Shown piece by piece: positions 19,001-30,016 of a stretch of DNA of 61,077 nt. The notes beneath the pieces were generated by a model that was not told where the DNA came from, ran no database searches, and worked only from the letters and a program-made list of their open reading frames with translations. The stretch is taken from the IMG/VR virus record IMGVR_UViG_3300021960_000026; one strand, 5' to 3'. This DNA comes from an uncultured virus (IMG/VR IMGVR_UViG_3300021960_000026). Lineage: Duplodnaviria > Heunggongvirae > Uroviricota > Caudoviricetes. Both the position numbers and the translations under genes were made by a program. Within the stretch, counting starts at the first letter, position 1, and each line of letters opens with the position of its first letter.

Positions 19001-22000
19001 GTTTTGTTAGATTAACGTTGGATCTAAACGAAGGTGATGTTATTGAAATAAAAGAATACGTTTCAACAGCATTTAGCCACATTCCTGCAACACCAACATC
19101 GATAGGATTGTATAAAAAATATACACCTATGAAGTTCTTGGATGATACCTACAGAGATCCTCAATTTGTTATACAAGGACATGATGGCAGCATCACCGTT
19201 GCATATGGCGATTACAGAGATGATCTCTTATTAGAACTAGAATACAGAATTTATAATAATATCAAACAAGAATACGATCCTAAAGTTTTTGATGTTGATG
19301 CGAACCTTGGAGGATATTACAAGAATGCATTGTTTACAAAGGATGATTTTGATAGCATAGCAAGTCAGGAGTTTTTAAGATGGGTTGCAAACACTAATCT
19401 ATCATATACAACAAACGACTACTTCAAAGAAAACGAAACGTTTACATATACCTATTCAAATATGACGGATCCATCTATGTTGGAAAATATTCCAGGATGG
19501 TGGAGAGGTGTATACAAATATTTTTATGATACAGACAGACCACATCGTTGTCCTTGGGAGTGTTTAGGATTCAGCGAAAAGCCCACTTGGTGGGAAGACG
19601 AATATGGTCCAGCACCGTATACCAGTGGAAACTTAATTCTTTGGGAAGATATTAGAGATGGTATAATCAGGCATGGCGAGAGGGCAGGAACACACAAGAG
19701 ATATGCCCGCACATCGATCATGTCTCATCTTCCTGTTGACGCTGACGGAATATTATTAAGCCCATTAGATAGCGGCTTGGCAACTAACTTTACTTTAATT
19801 AATAATAAGGGAAGTTTTAAACTTGGTGATATTGCACCGTCGGAATATGCTTATAGATCGAGCAGTGAATTTCCTTTTGTGATAATGATTGCGTTATCAT
19901 TACTTAGACCTTTCGAATTCATAATTAGCAACTTTGATAGATCTAAAACAAAAAGAAATGCAGTTAATCAAATCGTAGATGTAACGTCAAATGTTTTTAT
20001 TACATCTAATCAGATTACTCTGCCAGTTCCGGGTGTAACACAATCTTCTGGATTGAGCATGTACATTTCCAGTTACATTAAAAGTTTAGGAAATGCAATA
20101 CAATCAGGACAGGATATACTTTCCAACATCAATGTAAGATTATCATCTAGATTGAACGGTTTTGTTGATAAGGATCAACAGAAATATCTTCTAGATAGCA
20201 AGAGTCCTAGTTCTTCCTCTTCTAGTATATTTGTTCCAGCAGAAAATTACAACATTATCTTTAATGTAAGTTCTCCGATTGCAAGTGTTTCATACAGCGG
20301 AGTAATTTTTGAGAAAACAGAAGGCGGTTGGATAGTCAACGGATATGATGATATTAATCCTTACTTTCCGTATTACACATCCATTGCAAATCAAAAAGAT
20401 CCAACACTTTCAGTTGGCGGTGTGTCAACAACATACATTAATTGGTCGGAAAATCAAAAGTTTAATAATGGTGCAATAGTACAATACAGAAATGATTATT
20501 TTAGAGCAAAAGAAACTCATACAAGCACTAATACATTTGAATCTGATAAATGGACAAAGTTACCAGAGTTACCAGTCAACGGTGCAGTAACAGCACAGAA
20601 AAGAAGGAACTTTAATAAGTTTTCCTTAAACAAATTAAGTTATGGAACAACTTTGAATTCTATTCAAGGTGTTGTGGACTTTTTATTAGGATACGAAGAA
20701 TATCTAAAAGCTCAAGGAATAGTTTTTGAAAATTACGATCCTGATAATCAAGTTATACAAGATTTTACAACTGCCTGTAAAGAATTTATGTACTGGACCA
20801 GTCACAATTGGGCAGTTGGAAGTTTAATCACAATTAGCCCCGGAGCAGAAAGATTAAAAATTTCAGTGCCTGTTGGTGTTGCTGATAATTTATTTGATGG
20901 TTTTTATGATTATAATGTCTTAACAGACAATGGAGAAGCAATACAACCTCAGAATATTGATGTTCTTAGAGATTTTCAAACATTTGTTATCTCTACAACT
21001 AATACCACGAGGGGAATATATTATCTTAAAGTAAATTATGTGTTAAAAGAACACGTAACTATATTCTCTGATAGAACAGTTTTTAATGATGTTATTTTTG
21101 ACAAGCCAACAGGTTATCGTCAAGAAAGAATCAAGGTACTAGGCTTCCGTACAGTTGACTGGGACGGAGATTATACCTCTCCTGGCTTCTTGTTTGATAA
21201 CGTAGATATTGCATCATGGGAACCATTTAAGGATTATAGACTTGGAGATATTGTAAACTATCAAGGTATAAATTACACAAGTAAGTATAATCACACAAGC
21301 AAAGAAGAATTTAATGCAGACAACTGGACTAAGTTAGATTCTACTCCTACCAAAAAATTGATTCCTAACTTTGATTACAGAGTTAATCAAATAGAAGATT
21401 ATTTTGATGTTGATTCGGAAGGATTAAGTTCAAGCCAGCGAGATTTAGCAAGACACACTGTTGGTTATCAAACCAGAGAGTATCTACAAAATCTTGCCGA
21501 AGATCAAGTCACTCAGTTTAGAATTTATCAAGGTTTCATTAGAGAAAAAGGAACGGCAAATTCTTTAACCAAGGTATTTGATAAGTTAGGAAGAACGGCA
21601 GATACCGGAATTAAGTTAAAAGAGGAATGGGCATTTAAACTAGGAGAGTTTGGCGGTAGTGATCAATCAAATAATATTGAAATTAAATTAGAAACTGATC
21701 AATTTAAAATAAATCCACAACCGGTTATTGTGACCGAAACAGCTCAAGGAAATTTTGCTGATAGATATTATAGAGTTGACAATTCGGACTTCCTTTATGC
21801 TCCAATACCATATACTACATCTATCAACGCAACAGCAACTGACGTTGTTCAGAAAACAGCAGGTTATGTAAAAAATACTCAGGTAAAATACATTGTAAAG
21901 AATAGAGATGATATTCTAAACATTGACATAAACAACGTCAATGAAAATGATCATGTTTGGGTAACGTTTGACAATACTTCGTGGACAGTTCTAAGAATTA

Positions 22001-25000
22001 ATTATGTTCCAGAACTTGTCATGACAGACATTGCAGCGAACAAAACTACAATCACAATTACTTTTAATAAAAGGCACGGGCTGACTGCAGGAGATATCAT
22101 CGGATTAACTGATCTAGGAGACATTACTGGTTTCCACAAAATTACTTCGGTTGATGCATTTCATATTTCTTTCGAGATATCCACGGCAACGGTAGAAATA
22201 GGGTTTGAACCAAGTTCTATAAAATATCCGATATTGCTAACCAAGGCAAGATTTAACGATTATACTTCTATTGATGTGGAACATCTTGCGTTATTATCAA
22301 CCGGATCAAAACTTTTTGTTGACAGAAACGAAAATGGTATATGGGAAGTTGTACAGAAAAATAAACAATACTCTCCTAAGAAACTTATCAACTACGGAAC
22401 AAGCACACCGTTAAACGCAGGTAAAAAAGTAGTTTACGCCGAGGTTAGAAAACAAATAGTAAGTTCGATTACCGGTTCAGGAATAGTTGTTTGCTATCTA
22501 GAAACACCGTCAGGTTTGGACGTAAAACAAATATTAGAACCACCTGTTTCTTTTAGAGCAACAACTACTGGAACCTTTGGACAGGAGATTGCATTAAGTC
22601 CTGACAATGAATGGTTGGTAATTGGTGCTCCTTATGCTAGTGGAATTAGAAGCAATTATCAAGGAGTGTTTAGTTCGATAGAAAGTTATTCAGCCAATGA
22701 TATTGTTCTCTATGCAGGACAATTATGGAAGGCAAAAACTTCTATCACAGGCGATGGAAGCACCATTAACGTTTATAGTGATGACTGGGAAATTGTTAAA
22801 AATGTACAAGCACTAGAGACAGGAACTAATGAAGGCTACGAACAGCAGGGAATGATCTCTGTATATAGGTATATTGGTAATCAATGGACATTACAAGATA
22901 ACTTTGTAAGTCCAAGAGCCGACGGCGATAAACTATTTGGTAGTAAGATAGCACTTGCAAAAAATGGCAGCAATTATTCTATGGTAGTTTCTGCACCAGG
23001 AGCAAGCGAAGAAAAGGGAAGAGTTTATACTTACATCTATGATGCAACAGATGGTTGGGTACTAGATCAAAATTCTGATTATAAAGGAACTTACGAACCA
23101 GGCGGAACATTTGCAGCCACTGAAATGAAACCAGGTAGAACTTACACTATTGCTTCATCTGGTACTACTAATTTTGGTCTTGTAGGTGCTCCAAATAATT
23201 CTCCGGGCACGGTGTTTGTTTCTTTAGGACCAACAGAAGGAACGGGAACAGTAACTCAACAAACATTTTATCCTAAAGACAGTGTTGTATATTATGCTGG
23301 TAATTTATGGAAGGCATTAGCAGATAATGAAGGTGACGGTAGTACAATTACAATAGAGTCTTCGGATTGGATTAAACTAGACACCATTAATACGTTAACA
23401 TCTTTACCTCAAAGTGTTAGCATCGAAGATGACGGTTCTACCCTAGCAACAGGAATTTTAACTAATTCGCAATTGGCAGAACTTATTAAAGCCGGAGATA
23501 AATTTGGTAGTTCTGTTGCATTAGATTATACAGGAAACACTCTTGTAATCAGTGCCGTGGAGGCTGATGGACAATATTTTGCAAACTATAGAGGAAATTG
23601 GCAGGCAAACTTTGAATACATCCAAGGAGATGTTGTAAAATATCAAAACGGTTATCATAGATTAGATAACATAGGTAGTAATGCAGTTGGGCCTGACAGT
23701 TCAATTAGAAGTTACAACCAACCACCTGATAGCGGTTATCCGTGGGTTAATGTTGGCGACAGTTCATCAGAATCTGTAGGTAAGGTTTTCATCTATAAGA
23801 AAAATGAACTAGGATATTATTATCTAATACAAACTATTACGGCAGACTCATTAGCAGAGATTAGTGACCTAGCACAAACGGAAACTATCAACAGCGGAGA
23901 TCAATTAGGCTATGCTGTATCAATTGATCACAGCGGTAATACTTTGGTAATTACAAGTCCTAAAGCAGATAGAAACTATCAGAATCAAGGAAGTGCGTAC
24001 ATCTTTAAGTATGAAACAGATTCTAGTGAAAACAGATTTAGATTAAAACAAAAAATTGATAGTTACGGAAAATATCCAAATGAATATTTTGGACAAAGTG
24101 TTTCTATATCACCTAGCACAAATAAAATAGTTGTAGGTGCAAATAACACAGGATATAATTTACCGATTAGATTTGACGAAAGTCAAACATCATTTGATAC
24201 TTCTAAAACAACATTTAAAACATACGGCGGTTATTCTGGAGCAGTTTATGTTTATGAGAAAAAAGGAGATTTGTATTTCCTAGCAGAAAAACTACAAGAC
24301 GATCTTTCACTTAATGAATCTTTTGGTTATTCAGTTCATGCTTCTGCAGATATTATTTTAGTTGGATCGCCTGATTATATTGAACCAACCACACACGGTG
24401 CAACACTAGATTTTAGTGGAACTGCTGTTGGTATGGTTAGACTTTTTAGAAAACAGTTAGGTATTAATTCTTTAGAAATAATTGGTCAACAAACAGAAAA
24501 AGTTGATTTAGAATCGATCAAGAGAATTGCACTTTATGATACAACAACTGATACAAAGATACAGGATCTTGAAGTGTATGATCCTGCTAAACTAAAAATC
24601 TTAAGAGAAGCAGAAAGAGAATTGTCTTTTAAAACTCCGTATGATCCTGCAACATATAATGTAGGTATTGACGGAGTCACGGTTGATTCGAGCATTGCTT
24701 GGTATGATAAGAATGTTGGAAAATTATGGTGGAATATTTCAACAGCCAAGTGGATTGATTATGAGCAAGGAGATACTGCTTATAGATTAGCAAACTGGGG
24801 TAAACAAGCCCAAGGTTCAAGCATTGATGTTTATGAATGGGTAGAATCACCATTGCTACCAAGCGAGTGGTCATCAGTGGCAGATTCAACTGAAGGTTTG
24901 CAGTTAGGAATAAGCGGCCAACCTTTATACCCTGATGATACAGTTTATAGTTATAAAGAATTTTTAAATGTAAACACCGGCTTAGTTAGTGAAACAAAAT

Positions 25001-28000
25001 ACTATTACTGGGTAAAAAATAAAACAACGATTCCTTCAAATACGAAAGGCAGAACAATTTCGTCAGCATCCGTTGCATTATCAATCAGCGACCCGTCGAC
25101 GGTTGGAAACACCTACATAGCACTGGCTGATTCAAATAAAGTGTTTTTCTATAATTACAGAGCAATTGTATCTGGTGATACAACAATTTTAAACATAGAA
25201 CACTACACTGACAAAAGTGCTAAGAATGCAATTCATAACGAATATCAATTATTAACCGAAGGTGTTGCTGACAGCGTTCCACCTAAAAAATTAGAAACAA
25301 AATGGATTGATAGTTTAATAGGATATGACAAACAAGGAAACAGAGTTCCTGATCCTGCTATACCTGCAAAACAACAATTTGGTATTGGCTTTAGACCGAG
25401 ACAAAGTATGTTTGTCAATAGAAAACAAATTCTAAAACAAACTATTGAAACCGTTAATGGAATTCTTAAGAAACAACCATTTGCTAACATTATTAGTTTT
25501 GATAATTTAAACTTGTTTGACGCCCAGCCTGATACAAGTTTATATCTGTATGATGTTAGTGTATCAACTTTAATTGATTTAGAAACTGTTGGTACAGTTA
25601 GAGTAGAACAAGCACAACTTACTCCTAATATCATAAACAATGAAATTAGTTCTGTTAATATTGTTAATCCTGGTTTTGGATATAGACCACAAGAAATATT
25701 TGACCAAGAAATTGCAGGAGTATATGCAGGTCCTGCCGTTACTATTGAAGGTGATGGTACTGGAGCAGAAGCAGTATGTCATATAGATGGTCAAGGTAGA
25801 GTCACTGCTGTTGTTGTTACCAAACCTGGTAAGAATTACACATATGCAAATGTTTCCGTAAGAAGATTTTCTGTCTTAGTCGAAACAGACAATACAGCAA
25901 ATAACTATTGGTCAATCTATGCCTGGGATAATGTTAGAAAATCTTTCTTCAGAAGTTCCTCACAAGGATTTGATACTAGAAAGTATTGGTCCTATGCCGA
26001 TTGGTGGAAAACAGGATATGGTCCTACATCTAGAGTAACAACAGAAATATCTGACGTTTCCAAAGAACCAACAATCATTACCGAGATTGGTGATCTTATT
26101 AGAATAAAAGAATATGGTTCCGGCGGCTGGGCAATTTTTGAAAAGATGTCTGATTCCAGCAGTGTTCCTTTAGGAAACTATCAACTAGTTGGAAGGTTCA
26201 ACGGAACAATACAGTTATCTAATACATTGTATGATATTACAACAAGTGGTATAGGTTTTGATAATAACGTGAGCTTTGACACAGGATTGTATGATTTAGA
26301 ACCAACGACAGAATTAAGAAATATTTTCAAAGCAATCAAAGAGGATATCTTTATTGGTGATTATGACATTCATTGGAATGAAATATTCTTTAATTGTGTC
26401 AGATATGTAATGCATGAACAGACTTACGTCGACTGGGCATTTAAGACAAGTTTCTTGAATGCTACACACAACGTTGGTGATTTTAAAACAACTACTAATT
26501 ATAAAAACGATAACTTAGAAAGTTTTGAAAGTTATATTAGCGAAGTAAAACCATATCGAACAACGGTTAGAGAATATGTAAGTAGATATGATTCGATACA
26601 GACTAATCCTATTTCAACAACAGACTTTGATTTACCAACTGTATATTCTCAAGAATTAGGGAAGTTTAGTACTATAAATCAATTCAGCACAGAACTAAAT
26701 TCTTATCCTTGGAAATACTGGCTTGATAATAATGGATATAGTATTGTTCAAATAGTTATATCTAAACCTGGTAGTGGTTATACTAGTGTTCCTAAGGTAG
26801 TAATTGAAGGAAACGGATCAGGTGCAATAGCACAAGCATTTATTTCTAACGGTAAAGTTTCTGGTGTTAGGATGATACAGACAGGATCCGGATATACTAA
26901 AACTCCTACAATTTCATTAGTTGGAGGTAACGGTAGTTCAACGGATATTGCAAAAGCAGTAGCAGTTCTTGGAGAAACAAAAGTTAGAACTTTTGATATC
27001 AATATTAAGTTTGATAGAATAAACAAGACTGGATACTACAATAACTTTACAGATACTCAAACGTTTACCGCTAACGGGCAGACAGCAATATTCGATCTAA
27101 AGTATGCTCCGACTAGAGATAAGTCAAAAATCACTATTACTAAAAACAATGGTGTTGTGCTAGGAAGTGATTATACAATCAATCTCTATAAAAATAGCAC
27201 TGATGACTTTAATGTTCTTAGAGGAAGGATTGTTTTTAATATTGCACCGGATGTTGGAGATATTATAAAAGTAACTTACGAAAAGAACGACGAATTATTT
27301 GATGCTGTTAATAGAATTAACAAATACTATGCTCCGGTAGAAGGAATGAAAGGAGATGACTTGGGTCAATTAATGACCGGAGTTGATTTTGGTGGTGTAC
27401 AAATTCAAGGAACCACATTTGATGTTACAGGTGGTTGGGACGCACTTCCTTGGTTTACAGATAGTTGGGATAGTGTTGAAGCAAGTGCGGATTATTATCA
27501 TGTATGTGACGGAAGCACAGAAGATGTGACACTTCCGTTTATCCCTGCCGACGGACAGGAAATTAATATCTATCTTAAGCGTGCAGGTGAGGGAACCCTA
27601 CCAACAATTGATAATTTACAATACAGCGAAAGCGTAAAGAATCCACCAGTAATTAGAATAGATGATCCTTTCTTCTTTGACGGAAACGACTCTTCAACGT
27701 CTACAAGTCCAAATGCACAAATGCCAACATTTGTCGGAGATGGTTCAACAAGTGTTATTGAGATAGGTCGTTATATTACAACTAATGATGGCGATATCTT
27801 AATATTTAGACCACAGGAAAGCGACGGTAGTGTAACCATTACTGATCCTAATATTGTTGATACAAATGTAAGTGGCGGAACATTATCTGCAATTGATCAA
27901 GCATATGTAACTGCTTCGGGAATTTCTGCAGAAGAAATACAGATCGAAGGCGGAAGATTTATAGGACCAGATCAAGTTCCTGCAACAGAAGAAAATATTC

Positions 28001-30009
28001 CTGGACAGGTACTAGACAGCCTTAGCATTAAGGTTTATCAAACTACTAATGACGGTGTTGCTCCGATTCAATCAAAAGTTATTATTTCAGACGGATCAAC
28101 AACAACATTTGATGCTGGACAAAAAGTTTTTGAAAAGAAATCTGTGCTAGTCTATGTAGATGGTATTAGAAAAGAATTAGGAACAGATTATAATATAGAA
28201 GGTGATCGAACCGTAGAATTTGTTATAGCACCCGATGCTAATAAGAAGATTGAAATTATTTCTATAGGATTAGGAGGAGTTTCTCTGTTAGACTATCAAG
28301 AATTTGTGGCAGATGGAGAAACAGGATTATTCTTAACAAATGCTCCGTATGAATTAACAAGTAGTGTATTTGTTACAGTCAACGGTGTTGAAACAGATGT
28401 ACAATTTACGAATAGTACCGGAGTTGTGGATACTGTTGGAAGAACATTAGTGCAGTTTGGAATTATTCCTTCTTCAAATTCTATAATTAAAATTATTTCT
28501 TTAGGTTCTTCGACAGATGTTGACTCTAGTAACTTATCAATTGTAAGGGTGAATAAGCAAACAACAATTTATAATGGAGTTGATAGAAATTATAATCTAG
28601 ACAATTTTGTTGAACTAACAAGAGATAGTTCTTTGTCCTCGATGATAGTTGAAGTCAATGATGTCAAATTAAATGGACCTGACACCGTTTATGAAATATA
28701 TGACGGTACAACTAATTCTTATACGCTAGGACAGGACCCTAACGAATCAGCAGGTGCAATTCTTTCTGCAAACATCAAGGTGTTCGTTAATGGTGAAAGA
28801 AAAACATTCATCCAGGATTATGTATATGATGGTACTACAAAGATATTAACATTTACCACAGGACTTCTTAATACCGGTGATGTAATTAAAATTGAAAATA
28901 ACTTAAGAAGTGAATACTCGATTAGTAACGGAGATATTATAATTTCAAATGATGTTTCTCTAACTAATGGCGATGAAATTGTTATTACATGGTTTAATGA
29001 ATATCCTAGCATGAAGATAGTAAGCGATGTTGCTGTTGGTGGGAAAGTTAATTACCAATTACCATTTGTTCCACTAGGAGTCGATTATGTTTGGGTTTAT
29101 AAAAACGGAGTTAAATTAATACAGGACATCGATTATCATGTGTCATTGCCTAGAGGGGTTGTTTACCTTGAGGTAGCAAATACAGATTCTGATACAATTA
29201 GCATCACCACGTTTGGTGCTGATATTTACAGATTACCTAGTGCTTACGAAATCAATAAGGATATGCTGAACGTTTACAGATATAATCGCTACAGCAGAAA
29301 CGAAGTTAAACTTGCTAAGAACTTAAATTACTACGATCAAACAATTGAAGTAAATGACGCCAGCGGTTTATATCAACCTGTAAGAAATAGAAATATTTCA
29401 GGAGTTATTGAAATAAACGGAGAAAAAATCGAGTACATGACAGTAACTGGAAATGTTCTTGGACAATTAAGACGTGGTGTTCAAGGAACAGCAATAAAAG
29501 AATTGCATAGTATTGAAGATTTTGTGATAGATCTAGGACCACGAGAGGCACTACCATATGCAGAAACACAAGATAGAACTGATTTTATAGGTGATGGAAG
29601 TAGTTTGCTGATTGGTCCGTTGGATTTTGTTCCTATAAAATCTACAGTAGGTACTTGGAATGCCACTAGTATTCCAACAGATTATGGTAGATGCGATGTT
29701 GTTGAAGTATTTGTGGGTGGTAAGAGACTTAGAAAAACACCACTTACAGTGTTTGACGAAACAATTGGAGCAATAAGTCCAGCCGGAGATAGAGAATTAG
29801 AAGCAGAATTTTCGGTAAATGGAACAGATCCATACATTAGATTAACCGTTCCTGCAACTGCTGGAACTAGAATAACTGTAATAAAAAGGACAGGACAAGC
29901 ATGGTATGATAGAGGCACAAGCACCGCTAGTGCTGGCGTAACACTACTTGCTAATAATACTCCAATTAGTAAGTTCATTGCTGCCAAGAGTACCAAGTTA
30001 CCTGAATAA
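16066..30009 (+). CDS. Giant (4647 aa) baseplate wedge/adhesin protein, gp7-like position
   Basis: Follows gp6; FG-GAP repeats, CBM5/12-like repeats, GSGYT repeats, EVKPYRT motif. Confidence 0.7.
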   Translation: MADKKYPKSDLPIRKSIDLLPNTFRTDPNNKFLSGVVDPFIQPGALDKLSGYVGKRYGKTFNGNDVYLDTDQTLRSRYQLEPGVTVEKDQNLQKFYDYLDLKNMVKFFGNDIDRDDKITYQEHYSWNPPIDWDKFINYSEYYWMPAGPPSVSVQGQTQSVQSTYKVNQGIGSTWLFTPDGITNNPTITLYRGQTYKFDVNSPGEPFVLRTNYDTGSLNYDPLKTYFPGDLAVYNSQLWRAKQEISPRDGSSIDIDSQDWELIDSSASLASLVYNQGVTNNSIEVGTLTFKVPNNSPDVIYYQSATNPNRLGRFIIADIDSNTFIDVEKDIVGKKYYTSSNGIELSNGLVLEFRGQVQPEKYASDTWLVEGVGKEIRLTRFADLVPPVITSDTPEILFDNQGFDTLPFDDARQYPGQKDYITINRASKDSNPWSRYNRWFHRSVLEYSYKNRDSDFDAPETARAKRPIIEFHPGIQLYQHGTVAKTTVDYVDDYTTDVFSTIEGSTGYSVDGEFLFEGARVLVTADTDSLANNKIYIVNFVIHNGVRQINLREASDSGSILDECVLVRRGKNNTGNMFFFNGTAWKPSQEKTTVNQPPLFNIFDDNGVSLGDQDTYPVTTFKGNKLVSYKVGNGTVDKELGFALSYLNIDNVGDIRFEWNFDIDSISYTENQKVYSKKINTSYFKINGNLDNGWILTNKKYLQPIVDSVIVTEETSSVVFDTVDWELLTSDMEINFYQNSVKLADDSYSRDQQKFTFNKTFLVNDVITVKVVGEIEPVGGYYEIPVGLEKNPLNAVLTSFTLGQATDHIRTSLEFDDRFTGSLPGANNLRDISDFQQNSKRFLKHSGIAASAVAMICDRQINLIKSLQFAKKQYSVFKENFLKKATEIQFTNDDPSSQVDQIIENLTKTKTINSPFSDSDMVGTGAYNLLTYTVEDIGIKTFTLSEKFDLKTLSRRAVYIYKNNSQLLNGRDYVFDSTFGFVRLTLDLNEGDVIEIKEYVSTAFSHIPATPTSIGLYKKYTPMKFLDDTYRDPQFVIQGHDGSITVAYGDYRDDLLLELEYRIYNNIKQEYDPKVFDVDANLGGYYKNALFTKDDFDSIASQEFLRWVANTNLSYTTNDYFKENETFTYTYSNMTDPSMLENIPGWWRGVYKYFYDTDRPHRCPWECLGFSEKPTWWEDEYGPAPYTSGNLILWEDIRDGIIRHGERAGTHKRYARTSIMSHLPVDADGILLSPLDSGLATNFTLINNKGSFKLGDIAPSEYAYRSSSEFPFVIMIALSLLRPFEFIISNFDRSKTKRNAVNQIVDVTSNVFITSNQITLPVPGVTQSSGLSMYISSYIKSLGNAIQSGQDILSNINVRLSSRLNGFVDKDQQKYLLDSKSPSSSSSSIFVPAENYNIIFNVSSPIASVSYSGVIFEKTEGGWIVNGYDDINPYFPYYTSIANQKDPTLSVGGVSTTYINWSENQKFNNGAIVQYRNDYFRAKETHTSTNTFESDKWTKLPELPVNGAVTAQKRRNFNKFSLNKLSYGTTLNSIQGVVDFLLGYEEYLKAQGIVFENYDPDNQVIQDFTTACKEFMYWTSHNWAVGSLITISPGAERLKISVPVGVADNLFDGFYDYNVLTDNGEAIQPQNIDVLRDFQTFVISTTNTTRGIYYLKVNYVLKEHVTIFSDRTVFNDVIFDKPTGYRQERIKVLGFRTVDWDGDYTSPGFLFDNVDIASWEPFKDYRLGDIVNYQGINYTSKYNHTSKEEFNADNWTKLDSTPTKKLIPNFDYRVNQIEDYFDVDSEGLSSSQRDLARHTVGYQTREYLQNLAEDQVTQFRIYQGFIREKGTANSLTKVFDKLGRTADTGIKLKEEWAFKLGEFGGSDQSNNIEIKLETDQFKINPQPVIVTETAQGNFADRYYRVDNSDFLYAPIPYTTSINATATDVVQKTAGYVKNTQVKYIVKNRDDILNIDINNVNENDHVWVTFDNTSWTVLRINYVPELVMTDIAANKTTITITFNKRHGLTAGDIIGLTDLGDITGFHKITSVDAFHISFEISTATVEIGFEPSSIKYPILLTKARFNDYTSIDVEHLALLSTGSKLFVDRNENGIWEVVQKNKQYSPKKLINYGTSTPLNAGKKVVYAEVRKQIVSSITGSGIVVCYLETPSGLDVKQILEPPVSFRATTTGTFGQEIALSPDNEWLVIGAPYASGIRSNYQGVFSSIESYSANDIVLYAGQLWKAKTSITGDGSTINVYSDDWEIVKNVQALETGTNEGYEQQGMISVYRYIGNQWTLQDNFVSPRADGDKLFGSKIALAKNGSNYSMVVSAPGASEEKGRVYTYIYDATDGWVLDQNSDYKGTYEPGGTFAATEMKPGRTYTIASSGTTNFGLVGAPNNSPGTVFVSLGPTEGTGTVTQQTFYPKDSVVYYAGNLWKALADNEGDGSTITIESSDWIKLDTINTLTSLPQSVSIEDDGSTLATGILTNSQLAELIKAGDKFGSSVALDYTGNTLVISAVEADGQYFANYRGNWQANFEYIQGDVVKYQNGYHRLDNIGSNAVGPDSSIRSYNQPPDSGYPWVNVGDSSSESVGKVFIYKKNELGYYYLIQTITADSLAEISDLAQTETINSGDQLGYAVSIDHSGNTLVITSPKADRNYQNQGSAYIFKYETDSSENRFRLKQKIDSYGKYPNEYFGQSVSISPSTNKIVVGANNTGYNLPIRFDESQTSFDTSKTTFKTYGGYSGAVYVYEKKGDLYFLAEKLQDDLSLNESFGYSVHASADIILVGSPDYIEPTTHGATLDFSGTAVGMVRLFRKQLGINSLEIIGQQTEKVDLESIKRIALYDTTTDTKIQDLEVYDPAKLKILREAERELSFKTPYDPATYNVGIDGVTVDSSIAWYDKNVGKLWWNISTAKWIDYEQGDTAYRLANWGKQAQGSSIDVYEWVESPLLPSEWSSVADSTEGLQLGISGQPLYPDDTVYSYKEFLNVNTGLVSETKYYYWVKNKTTIPSNTKGRTISSASVALSISDPSTVGNTYIALADSNKVFFYNYRAIVSGDTTILNIEHYTDKSAKNAIHNEYQLLTEGVADSVPPKKLETKWIDSLIGYDKQGNRVPDPAIPAKQQFGIGFRPRQSMFVNRKQILKQTIETVNGILKKQPFANIISFDNLNLFDAQPDTSLYLYDVSVSTLIDLETVGTVRVEQAQLTPNIINNEISSVNIVNPGFGYRPQEIFDQEIAGVYAGPAVTIEGDGTGAEAVCHIDGQGRVTAVVVTKPGKNYTYANVSVRRFSVLVETDNTANNYWSIYAWDNVRKSFFRSSSQGFDTRKYWSYADWWKTGYGPTSRVTTEISDVSKEPTIITEIGDLIRIKEYGSGGWAIFEKMSDSSSVPLGNYQLVGRFNGTIQLSNTLYDITTSGIGFDNNVSFDTGLYDLEPTTELRNIFKAIKEDIFIGDYDIHWNEIFFNCVRYVMHEQTYVDWAFKTSFLNATHNVGDFKTTTNYKNDNLESFESYISEVKPYRTTVREYVSRYDSIQTNPISTTDFDLPTVYSQELGKFSTINQFSTELNSYPWKYWLDNNGYSIVQIVISKPGSGYTSVPKVVIEGNGSGAIAQAFISNGKVSGVRMIQTGSGYTKTPTISLVGGNGSSTDIAKAVAVLGETKVRTFDINIKFDRINKTGYYNNFTDTQTFTANGQTAIFDLKYAPTRDKSKITITKNNGVVLGSDYTINLYKNSTDDFNVLRGRIVFNIAPDVGDIIKVTYEKNDELFDAVNRINKYYAPVEGMKGDDLGQLMTGVDFGGVQIQGTTFDVTGGWDALPWFTDSWDSVEASADYYHVCDGSTEDVTLPFIPADGQEINIYLKRAGEGTLPTIDNLQYSESVKNPPVIRIDDPFFFDGNDSSTSTSPNAQMPTFVGDGSTSVIEIGRYITTNDGDILIFRPQESDGSVTITDPNIVDTNVSGGTLSAIDQAYVTASGISAEEIQIEGGRFIGPDQVPATEENIPGQVLDSLSIKVYQTTNDGVAPIQSKVIISDGSTTTFDAGQKVFEKKSVLVYVDGIRKELGTDYNIEGDRTVEFVIAPDANKKIEIISIGLGGVSLLDYQEFVADGETGLFLTNAPYELTSSVFVTVNGVETDVQFTNSTGVVDTVGRTLVQFGIIPSSNSIIKIISLGSSTDVDSSNLSIVRVNKQTTIYNGVDRNYNLDNFVELTRDSSLSSMIVEVNDVKLNGPDTVYEIYDGTTNSYTLGQDPNESAGAILSANIKVFVNGERKTFIQDYVYDGTTKILTFTTGLLNTGDVIKIENNLRSEYSISNGDIIISNDVSLTNGDEIVITWFNEYPSMKIVSDVAVGGKVNYQLPFVPLGVDYVWVYKNGVKLIQDIDYHVSLPRGVVYLEVANTDSDTISITTFGADIYRLPSAYEINKDMLNVYRYNRYSRNEVKLAKNLNYYDQTIEVNDASGLYQPVRNRNISGVIEINGEKIEYMTVTGNVLGQLRRGVQGTAIKELHSIEDFVIDLGPREALPYAETQDRTDFIGDGSSLLIGPLDFVPIKSTVGTWNATSIPTDYGRCDVVEVFVGGKRLRKTPLTVFDETIGAISPAGDRELEAEFSVNGTDPYIRLTVPATAGTRITVIKRTGQAWYDRGTSTASAGVTLLANNTPISKFIAAKSTKLPE

Positions 30010-30016
30010 ATACACT

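Noticed and set aside
16800..29610. Recurrent DGS(S/T) peptide (about 8 copies) as a glycosylation sequon
   Set aside because: Largely explained by turn motifs of the CBM-like and Ig-like repeats; no independent support
16066..30009. Intein, or stop-codon recoding, explaining the giant ORF
   Set aside because: No intein or LAGLIDADG motifs seen; neighbouring genes are full length in the standard code and TAG is used as a stop (7804, 37730, 52241)
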